Assembly: GCA_051942205.1 (NCBI GenBank) | Contig: JAVECO010000085.1 | Location: 1 to 64,000, forward strand | DNA length: 64,000 bases | Source of the DNA: Coniocarpon cinnabarinum | Taxonomy: Eukaryota | Direction of reading: 5' to 3' | Shown: positions 26,170 through 40,760 of the stretch, in pieces | Numbering within the stretch: position 1 is the stretch's first letter | Layout: each line of letters starts with the position of its first letter | Program-made: the position numbers and the translations under genes | Notes under the pieces: generated by a model | What the model was told of the DNA's origin: nothing | What the model saw: only the letters and a program-made list of their open reading frames with translations | Database searches by the model: none

Positions 26170-27657
26170 ATGCTGGTTCATTTGCCATGTAGACAGGCCC
26201 GCAGGACGGCTATAAGGCCCCGCCTTTTCTTCTCTTTCTCACGACGGTGCGCATCTCAAATCCTCCAATCTTCCAGGAGATCATACGTCAATGGTTTGTA
26301 CGAAGCTCTCCCTCGGCGCACAAACCTTACTCAGACATGAGCAGAAGCCGCGAAGAAAACCATAACAATTGATGGCGTCAATTATGAGACCGATCAGTAT
26401 ACAAATGCGCCGCCTCACGTTCTGAGCTATCTCAACCGCCAACTTCACCTCGAGCCGAACCACCCCATTGCTATAACACGACGCTTGATCGAGTCATGCT
26501 TTCCAGGCTTCAAGACGCACAACACTCTGCCTCGTGGCGTAACCACCAGACAAAACTTCGATTCCTTGGGTTTCCCGGCTGATCATCCTGGTCGCAACCG
26601 TACAGACACATACTATCTGAATGAGCACAACCTGCTCCGGACCCATACATCCGCGCATCAGGACGACGTCTTCCGCGAGAACAGCTCATCAGGCTGGCTC
26701 ATATCTGCCGATGTCTTCAGACGAGATGCCGTTGACCGATCGCATTACCCGGTCTTCCATCAAATGGAAGGCGCCTTGCTCTGGGACCGCGCGACGCACG
26801 GCACGGACGTCTCTGCTGCGGTCTGGGAGGATTACGAAAGATTGCCCCATCAAGATGTGATTGTCGACGGTCCCATGTTCCCGACGCATCCTGATCGCAA
26901 CCCTATACAGCACGGTCACAGCCAGGATGAAGCCGAGGCCCTCGTGGCACACTTGCAGAAGTCCCTCGAGCTCGCATTTTTCAGAATCTTCTCCGAGGCC
27001 AAGAAAGCCGCGATAGCTGCCGGTGATACTTCAGCAGCGTCGAGCGAGCCTTTGAAGATGCGCTGGGTGGAGGCTTACTTCCCCTTCACATCGCCTTCAT
27101 ATGAGCTGGAAATTTGGTGGCAAGGAGAGTGGCTAGAGGTGCTGGGCTCTGGTGTGGTGCTACAGGGGCTCCTTAAGGACGCCAATGTGCCTACGCAGGT
27201 TGGATGGGCTTTTGGCATCGGTCTCGAGCGGATTGCGATGCTCTTGTTCGGCATACCAGACATTCGCTTGTTCTGGTCGACGGACAGACGCTTTTTGGAC
27301 CAATTCATCGACAATGGGCCCATTCGGCGGTTTGTGCCGTTCTCCAAACATCCCGAGTGCTACAAGGACGTCTCATTCTGGACAAGCAAGGGCGGCAGTT
27401 CTGCAGGAGGAGGTGGAGCGCAGGTGGAGCTGCATGAGAATGATGTGATGGAGATAGTTCGGAGAGAAGGCGGAGATTTGGTGGAGGATGTGAGACTTGT
27501 GGACGAGTTTGAACATCCGAAGACGAGAAGGAGGAGTTTCTGCTACAGGATCAATTACAGGAGCTTGGAAAGGACGTTGACGAATGAGGAGGTAAACGAG
27601 CTACACGACAAGGTCATCCGTGCCTTTGTGGGCGAGCTTGGTGTAGAGATACGGTAA
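26170..27657 (+). CDS. MSF1: Mitochondrial phenylalanine-tRNA ligase, one intron
   Basis: Arg-rich presequence from ATG 26170, intron ~26294-26344, 'NFDSLGFPADHPGR', 'LLRTHTSAHQ', 'HYPVFHQMEG', 'FPFTSPSYELE', 'GWAFGIGLERIAM', C-terminal 'CYRINYRSLERTL'. Confidence 0.93.
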
Positions 27658-27858
27658 TTGCGGCATATAACATGTATCATCTTCAAGCCTTGAGCCTCAT
27701 CGCGTCTCTCATGCATCTGAGACAAGGTATCGGGTGTTACAAAAGCTTTTAAGCGTCTATATGTCTGCCGTGTAACGTGTTGAGATATGCAGGACGATGG
27801 AGTAGTACCTGGCACGTGACCTTGAAGATCAACAATGACATCGGAAGAGCTCCAGCTC

Positions 27859-27868
27859 AGCCAATCAG
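27859..27868 (+). promoter_or_regulatory. CCAAT box (Hap/CBC-type) upstream of COX5
   Basis: AGCCAATCAG about 200 nt upstream of the COX5 ATG; CCAAT-binding complexes regulate fungal respiratory genes. Confidence 0.4.
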
Positions 27869-28062
27869 AACACCGCAATTCTGATCTATCAAAGCTTGCC
27901 CAAGTTGCCGAAACGCACCTCTTCTATGCTACACAACTTTCCACCTCCACCATTCTTCCCCTGCTTTGAGACAGCCACACGCGTCGCGGAGCTCACACGC
28001 TCTCTCAGCTCCCTTTTCCACCATCATCTCCACTCCATCAGGCCAAGGGGCACCCACCCATC

Positions 28063-29094
28063 ATGATCCGCCTCCCGACATCGCAACGTCTCCTTACGAC
28101 CTCCCTCCGGCCTTCATTCGTCTCACGATCTCAGACGCTGCGATCTGGCTGCAGAGCCCTCGCGACAACCGTAAACAGCACGGCAAATTCGCAACAGCCG
28201 GAATCAGCGTCCACTGGCGCCGGCCAGAAACGACATCAGACTCATGCGGTGTCAAACCCGACGTTAGCCAATATCGAGAAGAGATGGGAGAATATGCCAC
28301 CGCAGGAGCAGGCGGAGCTTTGGATGGCGTTGCGGGATCGCATGACGGTGGATTGGCATGACATGACGATGCAAGAAAAGAGAGCATGTAAGTGTGATTT
28401 TGTTTGAATACCGAGATGGTGCAGTTAGGGGAGGAATGCGAACATGGAACGATGTCTGCCTGCACTGCCTAAACTGCCTCGACTACTTCGCCAATACGTG
28501 GCCACGGCGTGACAGCATTCCTGGCTCCTGCTCCTACCCAGTGGTTACTCATCCTTCAGAAAGTTCTTGCTAATTCAAGCCATGAACAGCCTACTGGATA
28601 GCTTTCGGTCCCCACGGTCCTCGGGCGCAACGACCTCCTGGTGAACGATGGGAGGTCTTCCGCCTCGTCGTGTACTGTATCGCCGGGTCACTGGCAGTAT
28701 TCGTGGCAATCCGACAATTTGCCCGTCCTCCACCAAAGACGATGAGCAAAGAATGGCAAGAGATGACTAATGAATACATGAAGGTACGTTTCCGAATCGT
28801 TTGCTTGCTGTCCGGCGGTAGTCAGCTCTGTTAGAAGATGGTCGCGGCAGCAAGCGCAAGGCAGAAGTCGCACGATACTGTTTAAGTACCTCGAGAGACC
28901 TCCAATGATCGCTCCTACATCAGTTTCCGAGCAAGGGACACTCAAGGAACGTGCAAGCATAGACTAACGAATGATCCCTATAGGCACAAGGCACCGAAGC
29001 CATCACCGGCGTCTCCTCAGAAGGCTACGAAGGCAAAGGCATGGTCCAAAGTCCCAGCCGACCGGATGCGATGAAATCCGAAGACGACGATTAA
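28063..29094 (+). CDS. COX5: Cytochrome c oxidase subunit V (yeast Cox5/mammalian COX4 family)
   Basis: 'HAVSNPTLANIEKRWENMPPQEQAELWMALRDRM', 'YWIAFGPHGPR', 'TMSKEWQEMTNEY', 'GVSSEGYEGKGMVQS'; exons 28063-28387, 28590-28783, 28984-29094. Confidence 0.95.
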
Positions 29095-30148
29095 AACCAG
29101 CCATCTAAACATCAAGCACATGATTTCCACCAATGACCTGTGTGCAGTCCTCGTTGACCGGGAAAGATGAGAAACGGCGGATGCATAGACACTGGGGAAT
29201 CGCAAGCCGTGTGAAAGAAGGAGAGAAGGATATGGAGGGGATGTCGAAGATGAAAGATTGATGTTGGAAGAAGAGCGAGCTGCATCTGTAGCTGTTACAT
29301 CGAAAACAAAACGCATGTTTTGGACGTGCTTGTACACCAATATCAGATGCATCGGAATGGCATTTTCATCTGTTCTTCCACTTGTCCTTGGCGTTATCTT
29401 TTGGTGGCTCGTTTGTGTGATTGCCGCTGCACCCGCCGCGAAGTCTGGTCCACTCTCATTCTGTGCGATCACAACTGACTGGTTGATTAATGAGGACAGC
29501 TGTATTATGCTTGCTGTGTACCAGCCCCACGATTTTGCAGCAAGTCAAAGACTTCAAGTTCGGCTAAAGTGCTGTGTCTTTGAAGCGCGCATCGAATTCA
29601 CTTACCGAGTAGGTTGATTAAGACTGCTAGACTTGCTCTGGAGTATTCCTGCTTTGCAATAGCGTATTTACGTTCTTGAATTCAATTTATTTCTATTGCA
29701 AGTATTTTAATTATCTACGATTGCTAAATTTGTATGAATATTGCAAATCTATTGTTACTCTCAAGTTTACTTGCTATATAACAGCAAATCAGTCTGCTTA
29801 GCTTACTATATTTCACAAACACTGGTAGTTAGTACGAGCAGTACAGAACATACACATGTTGAGTGTGCTCTTGACAGCAGTCGAGACTTTATAGCCCAAC
29901 TCTATTATGAACGCGACTGTGCTTGCCTGCAATTTTGACTCTGGTCTTCAACCTTCTCAACTTATTGTTTAGCGTTCAGATTCGTGAAGCTGGTCGAGTG
30001 CGTCCAGCGTGGAGTTCGTGAACGGGTTGAGCTTGACTCTATTTGCCGTTCTTCACCCACGGCTTTGGGCCTGTACCACAGCATTCCGGTTAGGATCCAA
30101 GTCTGCCTATAATCCAAAAGCAGCCAAGTCGAGTCCCACTACGATTTC

Positions 30149-31039
30149 TCAGAACTGTCGCCACCCTTCACCGCCCACGACTTGACTCTTCTTCATCTCT
30201 TCATACTTATCGTCAGAGCCATCCACAAACTCACCGTCTGCCTGTTCCCACTTCTGGAGACCGTATCGACGCGAGCACCACGTCCAGAGCTTGCGAAGTT
30301 CACACTCGTGCCATTTTCTCAGGTACTCAATGTCAGACATTTGGGACATCCCTTGTTGCGCGTCATGGGAAATGCTAGTACCGTTTGGATTGTTGGAATG
30401 GCCATTCGAGACAGAAGCCGTCAGATCCGGATGAGTCCGCTTGTACGCAGGTTCATGCGCTACTCGCCACTGCATGAGAGAGTCCAGGAAGTTGTTCGTT
30501 TCGCTGACGCCTTGAGGATATGTGAAGGTCCAGACGTCTTCGCTGGCTTGCTCGGGCATTCGAACATTCTTGCGATGGTTTTCGGACTTTTGAGATACGT
30601 CGGTATACCACGCACGGCTGTTCTCGTAGTCGCCTTCCAGACGGTGCAGCACGGCATGCAGTAACATGCCTTCGATCTTCGGCGGGATACGTTCTTTCAA
30701 GTCTCTCTCCTCTGCTTCTTCCACTCCCTGGATCTGTTGTGGACCTCGATCTTCAGTGCTCGCCGCGTCACGTGCTGAAGCGACATCATAGTCTCGAATG
30801 GGCACTGCACCTTGCAGTCGCCTCGCTAGGAAATGCGCAGACACTAGATCAGCGTTCAAGAGGTGCAGTAGACATTCTATGACGGGATGCAATTGCAAGG
30901 CTGCGATCTCAGATGTTAAGTTGGGGAAGAGTGGTCGTTTTTCTTCTGAGGGGACGGGCTCCAATGTTGGAGCATCGTTCGCTGGCAGAAGGTTCTTCAC
31001 TATAGAGTCGATCTTTGGATTTGCCGAAAGGGATGCCAT
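30149..31039 (-). CDS. Conserved hypothetical protein with His-rich helical motifs
   Basis: 296-aa intronless ORF with 'LHLLNADLVSAHFLARR' and 'LHAVLHRLEGDYENSRAWY', ending 'GGEGWRQF'. Confidence 0.75.
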   Translation of the reverse strand: MASLSANPKIDSIVKNLLPANDAPTLEPVPSEEKRPLFPNLTSEIAALQLHPVIECLLHLLNADLVSAHFLARRLQGAVPIRDYDVASARDAASTEDRGPQQIQGVEEAEERDLKERIPPKIEGMLLHAVLHRLEGDYENSRAWYTDVSQKSENHRKNVRMPEQASEDVWTFTYPQGVSETNNFLDSLMQWRVAHEPAYKRTHPDLTASVSNGHSNNPNGTSISHDAQQGMSQMSDIEYLRKWHECELRKLWTWCSRRYGLQKWEQADGEFVDGSDDKYEEMKKSQVVGGEGWRQF

Positions 31040-31781
31040 GCTGATCTTGCACCGGCACTGTTCGACGGTGTAATAGTAATAAGAGTAGGAACAATTCGAG
31101 TATTAACGCTATCAATGAGAAATGGCGAGCACAAAGGTTTGGAATCAACAAACTCTGGGTAATACGTGCGCTGCAAAGCGGCTTTACGATGCCTCAGACA
31201 CGAGAAAAGCAAGAGAATAGAGGAGATAACTTGGGGGAAACGAGACGGAAAGCAGATGGAAGCAAGCAAAACAGGGAAATGGTGAGGTCATTGACGTGCA
31301 AACATCCTTATGATACGATTGTTGTCGAAGATGAATCGCAAAACAGCACGAGCAAGTGATGCATGTGCAATTACTGCACAACATGCAGCCGGAGCTGCTT
31401 GCTTCGTAGAAGCATGGGTGACGTGTCTGGATTTGTTGACGATGTGGGCAGGGTCGTTGATGGCAATGCTAACGACCGTTGACGAATCCCACGAGTGGGA
31501 ACATTGGAAGTCGAGGTGCGAGTTTCGGTAATGAGACTCTCAGCAAACGTCAAGTTGAATTTAGCTACAACATCAGACGCTCCACACTACAAAAGAAACG
31601 CGCTCGCTCGATTGTTCTCTGTCTAACGTACTTGACACAGTTACAGACTCGCCACCTGGGATTTCTCTTGTGGGAGTTAGGATATTGAAACAAGGCCATC
31701 ATTAGCACTCGCGTCTTCTCGTTCTCGCTATTCTACACTCTTCCCTGCCCTGCGATCGCGGTCTTCCACAGCAAATTGCGT

Positions 31782-33964
<2,183 letters not shown>

Positions 33965-34538
33965 TGTTACGATGGAAGGAGAAGTATTATGAGAGAAGAG
34001 TGGAGAGATGTATGGCGGCCTGAAGGATACGAAATTGTCGTAAAGAGCTCCTGGAGCGAAGTTGCTTCGGAAGCTTTGCATGCACGGGCCACAATATCAC
34101 ACCAACTCAAACATACCGCTTGTGGTAATGTTTGACTTCGGATCTGCCAAGGTTGAGGTCTGATAACACAAATCATGGCTCAAATTCTCCAGCGGCAATA
34201 GTACGTTATTTTCTATAAATTTTTGAAACCTTCATTGAAATCTCCGATCCAGGATTAGTCCTTTGGCGAATCGGCTTTTTATTCCTGTTCTATCGCTCTG
34301 CTCCGTCCGACAAGGCGTATAGCGGATGCTTTCCGAACGACATATATACTACGACGTCTACACGATTACCTCGGACATTGTATAAGCTTAGTATTGATGC
34401 TAGACTACCAATGACTTTCGCAAGTTGGCAGTATCTAGTGGAAACTATCTATCTTGCCCCCCTTTGGATGTGACCCCAAGTACTCAATACCCTGCAGGCT
34501 TTTTCATAGGCCCCTCTGAGGCTAAATCATGTGGCACT

Positions 34539-36795
34539 TCACAGAGTTTCTTCAAGTGCTAACACCTACGCGATGTGTTAGTATGTTATCACGAAGAAAA
34601 TTCCATGCACTCACGATAGCTGTCCGATTAGGTATGTAAGCCTGCAAGAAATTTGGGCGCTCGTTCCAGTTGAAGTTGGTCGTAAAGAATCTCGTTTTGT
34701 GATCAACACGACCAAATCCACCAAACTCTGGTTCGTCTGTATCAATGACGACGCGATACGTCCCTGCTTTTCCAACTCCGACTCGGTAGTCTGAATAGCT
34801 TTGAGAAGGATGGAAGTTGAATATCCAGAGTAGCCCGGCGCGCTCGAAAGCCACCACCTTGTCGCCATCATGTTTCAGACTGATGTATGCTTGTGGTGAG
34901 TGCAACCAACCATACTTTTCTTCAGTCCACTGCATCTTGGCATCAAATGAGTTCAAGAGACGATATCGAAGAAGCTGATCGTCGACAAGATTGAACTGAC
35001 GCCGCGCATATTGAAAGCTGTTGTTGTTTCCTTCGCGAGGGAAGTCCAGCCACTCAGGATGTCCGAACTCATTGCCTTCAAAGTTGAGGTATCCTTCTCC
35101 ACCTAAGGCATGAGTGATCAGTCGAATGAGCTTGTGCAGCGACAGACCTCGCTCGATGACTGGAGTTAGCTCGGACAGAGTTGACATGTTCGTGTACATC
35201 TGAGCGTCGCAAAGCCAGAATAGCAGGGTTTTGTCCCCAACCAGTCTACATGCGGTCAGCTGTGTGCCTCTGGATCCGCAGACACTACTCACGCCTGATC
35301 GTGGCTCTCGCAGTACGCGATGGTCTTCTCGCCATGCCTGCGGTTCGTCAGTACCCAGGTCAAGTGACCCAACTCCCATTCGATATCCTGTTTCTCTTTC
35401 AGCCACTTGATGTAAAGGTCAGGAATCGCCATAGCAAGTCTATAGTCGAAACCAATACCTCCCAACGACAAAGCAACACACAGGCCAGGCATGCCTGACA
35501 CGTCTTCAGCAATGGTGATGGAGTCCGGGAATAATGTGTGTAGCAGCTCATTCGCAAGCATCAGATACACCACACCTTCCTCGTCAACACCACCTCCAAA
35601 ATACTCATGATAGCCGCCGGAGAATCCGCTGCCTTTTGTCAGTATCCAATGCAGACTCTTGTGCCAAATTTGTGTCGGTGACTTACGTGCCAATCCCATG
35701 ATGAGTGTAGAGTATGCTTGTAACGCCATCGAATCTGAAGCCGTCGAACTGATATTCCTCCATCCAAAACCGAAGATTGCTCAACAAGAACCGCAGGACT
35801 TCGTGACTACCGTAATTGAAGAGGCGACTGTCCCATAATTCATGAAAACCTCTGGGTCCACCGTGGAAGTATTGATGATCCGAGCCATCGAACTCATTAA
35901 GCCCGTCAAGAACATTTTTCGACGCGTGGCTGTGTACGACATCGAGCAGGACGACGATTCCCATACTGTGAGCAGTATCAATGAGCTCCTTGAGGTCATC
36001 CGGTACACCATATCGACTACTTGCTGCGAAGAAGCTATTGATCTGATAGCCAAAGCTGGCGTAATAAGCATGCTCCATGACCGCCATCAGCTGGATCACA
36101 TTGTAGCCAAGCTTATAGATTCTTGGCAGAACATTGTGAGTAAATTCCTTGTACGTTGCGACCTTCGCTTCTGGTGATGAAATACCAACATGAGCTTCGT
36201 AGATTCTGGCGCTCTTCGGCTTCTTTGGCCGAGCATGCTTGAACTGATAGCGGTGCTGTGGATTCCAGAAACGAGCTTCGTACACGGGCGATACCGAGAG
36301 GTCTTGAGTCACCCGCGTGATCCAAGCTGGAACTCGTTCTGCCCGAGCATGGTCGTTCGGTACGACCATGGAAATCTTCACTTTTGAGTCGTGGGGAATC
36401 GCTGGCTGGCCATTTTGAGCAGGGACTATAATCTCCCACACACCATAGGCATCCTTTTTCATCTCATGCGTGTCACGGTTCCACCCGTTAAAGTCACCGA
36501 TGAGGTAGGCTCGCAATGCATTTGGCGCCCATTCGCGATACACAATATCACCATTTGGCATGACATTGAAGCCAAACCTCTCGTACCCCCTGCTAAACTT
36601 TTCCAAACCACCTTCGTGAGCATTGATCTGACCTAGCCAATCTTGAGCTTTGGCATATCTCCTTTGAAGTGCATCTTTGAAGGGATCCAACCATGGGTCG
36701 AGCTGCAGTATGCCAGTACCATCGCTGGGAATCTTGCTGTCTGCTGGTTTGTTTGTTATGGAGTTGCTCGAGGCCTGGTTGACAGTCTGTGCCAT
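34539..36795 (-). CDS. GLC3: 1,4-alpha-glucan (glycogen) branching enzyme, GH13
   Basis: 'YREWAPNA', '[10 protein letters not shown]', '[11 protein letters not shown]', '[11 protein letters not shown]', 'IAEDVSGMP', 'YCESHDQA', '[18 protein letters not shown]'. Confidence 0.95.
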
Positions 36796-37187
36796 TGTCT
36801 GAAAATGAGCTCTTCTAACTAGCTGATGCTCATTTCTTTTCCCTTCATGCAAATCTTGCTGCAGCAGCTAATTGAATCATCTGCTGCAGTGGTGCTTTGC
36901 TCGCCGCGGTTTGAGTTGGCTAGATCGCAGCTTCTCCCAGCGACATCATACCTACTCCGCTCCACCACGAGCATTGCAGCAAGCTGGAGCGGGGCCTCTT
37001 CATCATTGGCCCAGTACGCTGGACAGATACGGAAGCTAAGCCTAAATTAAGCTAGCTGCCGATACGAGTACCAAGGTATCTCCAGCATATTTATCGATAA
37101 GCGCGGGTGCTCTGACATGCCCTTCTATCTAGATCTTGCGACAAGCTGTCGAAGAGCCCTCTTCCTTCTCGATGCACGCACCTCTCC

Positions 37188-39048
37188 ATGGCCCATTCTT
37201 ATCCCGGAAGTCCGATCAATGCCCGACAAGTCTTCCAGCTGCTTCGCTCGGTTGCTCGAGCGCGAGGTTTTGCTTCGACATCGGGACGGGGCAATGACCA
37301 GTTTAGAAGATCCGACTTCACTGGCCAAGGCTTCACAGGCTACTATGAACCTGGTCAGCCCACAGCCGGTCCTTTGGGGAGCACTTCCTCGGTTGGTGCG
37401 TCAAGAATCACCCCGCGAGTTCTCAAAGAGCATCTTGATCAATTCGTGGTGGGACAAGAGCGCGCGAAGAAGGTGATGAGTGTCGCTGTGTATAACCATT
37501 ATCAACGCATCCAAGAGCTGCAAAGAAGAGAAGACGAACAGGCCGCCATTATTGCCCAGCAAGAGCGTCAAGCGATGGGTGCGCGACATCCTATAGAAGG
37601 TATGAGCTTCACATCACTGACCTTCTTGCAGTCTTGAAACTGATGGCGCAGAGCAAGATGAGTTTCCCGAACAGCCCTCGACGATTTCTCTATACCCTCC
37701 TCAACGGCCACACAACACTAGTAATAGTCGCATCGGCTCTCAGCCGATCATTGATCAAACACCACTCTCTATCGAGAAATCCAATCTAATGGTTCTGGGT
37801 CCTTCAGGCACTGGGAAGACACTTATGGCTAAAACCTTGGCTCGCGTGCTCGAAGTGCCTTTCTCGATGTCTGACTGCACACCGTTCACACAAGCAGGCT
37901 ATATCGGGGAGGACGTTGAAGTTTGCATTTCACGTTTATTAGCAGCCAGTGGATACGACGTTGCAAAAGCAGAAAGAGGAATCATATGCTTAGACGAGAT
38001 TGACAAGATAGCCACTGCACGTGTAAGCCATGGCAAAGATGTCAGCGGTGAGGGCGTTCAACAAGCATTATTGAAGATACTCGAGGGTACGACTGTTCAA
38101 GTGCAGGCCAAGCAAGAGAAGAACAATCCATCTGCGACTTCGACGAAAGGTGCTGGTGTTGGGCCTCCTGGTGCACCAGGTAATCAGGGCGCTAGTGCTA
38201 CGCAAAGCGGCTCTCAGAAGGGTGAGACGTATAATGTGAACACAGATAATATTCTATTCATTTGCAGCGGCGCGTTCGTTGGGCTGCATAAAGTAGTTAT
38301 GGATCGACTAGCAAAGGGCTCGATAGGATTTGGCGCACGAGTACAACGTAATACCACATCATCAAATGACACGAATTTAACAACAGATAATAACGATCCC
38401 ACGATCGCAGCCGGACTGCCCGAAAACGACGAACTATTTCGCAAGCATTCGCCTTTTTTTCACACCGAAGAGTCTAAGTTAGATCTAAGTGATCCTGACT
38501 CTGCTCCCAGACATAACACTTTAGATCTCATCACGCCAACAGACATGCATAAATATGGCCTCATTCCAGAGCTAATAGGAAGGTTACCTGTTACAACAGC
38601 GTTGAGACCTTTGACGGTCCATCAGCTTACACGTGTTCTGACCGAGCCTCGCAACGCACTCGTGACGCAATACGTCGAGCTATTCCACCTCAGCGGCATC
38701 GAGCTTCGCTTCAGCACATTTGCCCTGCAAGAAATTGCGAAGAGCGCACAAGCTATGGGTACAGGTGCGAGAGGCTTGCGTACCGTCATGGAACGCGTTC
38801 TTGGAGATTCGATGTATGAAGCCCCTGGAAGTGGCGTTCGATTCATTCTCGTACACCAAGAAGCGGCGAAAGGCCAGCAACGAGTTATGATGTGGGGCCG
38901 AGAGTCACTACAGGCCTTTGCGGCCGCTGTGCAAGCGGAGGAAGATGCTTGGGATCGAATGCATCAACCTCCACCCGAGCCAGAACAAGATCGATTTGGC
39001 ACCTTTGAACAGTACAGAGAAGTCGCAAAAGTCGCCGGCTCAGGTTGA
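37188..39048 (+). CDS. MCX1: Mitochondrial ClpX AAA+ chaperone
   Basis: '[23 protein letters not shown]', '[16 protein letters not shown]', '[11 protein letters not shown]', 'LDEIDK', '[13 protein letters not shown]', 'IPELIGRLP', 'TGARGLR'. Confidence 0.92.
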
Positions 39049-39345
39049 AAGGAAGATCGTGGTATTCATCATGGCATTTTAAAAAGCTCGTATGCGCAAT
39101 GGCGGGATTCTGTCCCTGGCCATGTCGAGGCAGTGGTGGGGACAAACTCAACACTGAGCAATGGCGCATGGCTTCAGAGGATAACCTCCATTTCCTCCAT
39201 CGACTGCAGAAGTGAGAGCTTCGCGATGAACTCCTCATGACGTCCATTTTGTAGCCTGCGAATGCGGCTAATCGCCACAACAGCAGCATCGCCACAGCTA
39301 TACGAACATAGCCAAAGCGAAGGCTGCAGACGCTCGCTCTCAACC

Positions 39346-39597
39346 TCAAATATGGCCCATGCCATTCCTATCAGGATTCGGATTACACATCAAGATGCCA
39401 CAGAAGACATCCGCCGCTCTCACCGCACGACTCTTCTTCCTCGGTGGATCGAGCTGCACCTCCTCTTGATGAACATTTCCCTCCTTGTCCGTGTAATTAA
39501 CGGTGGCGGTCTTTTCGGCTTGCTCTCTGCGCTGCCGCGCGAGCGCGTCACCGTATGGCGATGCATTCGCTGGATTATGGACTGCCGCTGTGGCCAT
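39346..39597 (-). CDS. Small hypothetical protein
   Basis: 83-aa ATG ORF (MATAAVHNPANASPYG...) with protein-like composition; no family recognised. Confidence 0.35.
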   Translation of the reverse strand: MATAAVHNPANASPYGDALARQRREQAEKTATVNYTDKEGNVHQEEVQLDPPRKKSRAVRAADVFCGILMCNPNPDRNGMGHI

Positions 39598-40760
39598 GAT
39601 TCCAGCTTGAGCTTTTGGATAACTCGTTGATCTAGGGTATAGATTAGAATTTAGAACTCAAGTGCTCGCTATCAAGCGCATTGGCTTACTTGCTTCAAAG
39701 CCAATGATGATGTCAAAAGCCTCTTCTTCAGACCATCAGTGGCGGTCACAACCAGGAATTTGCAGGTGAGTGTTTGACTTGGCATCTTGGTATTTTAGAG
39801 GTATTTCACGAATCCCTTGTATGCGCATCCTACCGGCAATCGGCTTCGTCACAGTCACGCCTTGCGCCATCGAGAGCGCCTGGCCCCCACAAATCAACAT
39901 TAGGCCGCGGACTTCCTCTGGCGCGCCGCACTTAGTGAAAGCTCTGCATTGGCGCCGTCGAAACGGATCCAGTCCTTGACTGCGCCATGAGACCGCTTAT
40001 GTATCCCTCACGGCCTTATGTCTGGGTTTGGAAGGACGTTCTGATGTTTTGTGACCACGTGTGCTCGCTCCTATTGGGGTATTCAGTTCTCCTGCGCTGA
40101 GAATACCATGTTCTTCTGGTCACACATGCTGCACTTGATCGGTGGTCATCCTGTTGCGCTTCCAGATGTAGGGACGGGTGGGGTCATTTGCTTGAATGAT
40201 AGCAACTTGCACGCCGCTGCATGTATTTGCGTCAAGAGCTCATTCTATTGGCACTGAAGGGAAATGCGGAACACAAGACTGATTTCGTTGAAGCTGGCAA
40301 GCTGTCATTCTCTTTGCCTGGCACGTAGCAACAATCTGCCCTTCGCGGTACACATCCGTTGACGAGTGAAGAGACGTCTGGTGTTAAGAAAATCACGTGA
40401 TTGTGGAGCTCGATGAATCTGCGCGTGCGGGTACATTTCTGCTGTCTAACCCTGTCACGTGTACTTTTCCCCTCGAAGATTGCCCGTAACAAATTGATCT
40501 TGATGAATTATGGGGACAAGAAGCTTCGTATAGAGGATAGAGAGATGGGCACATGCATGAATGTCGAACAAGGAAGCTAGACGACTACCCTTGTTTCGCT
40601 CCTTAACAGCCTGCTGGTTCAGATCAATATGCAAATGTATTTAGAAGTGCAAGTGCGATGTCCTAGATATAACCGTCGAATTTCCCTGTAAGCGTTGAGG
40701 CTCAATCTTTCCTAATCGTTCCAAATTAATGCTAGTTTCATTGTATATACACGTCTCAAG

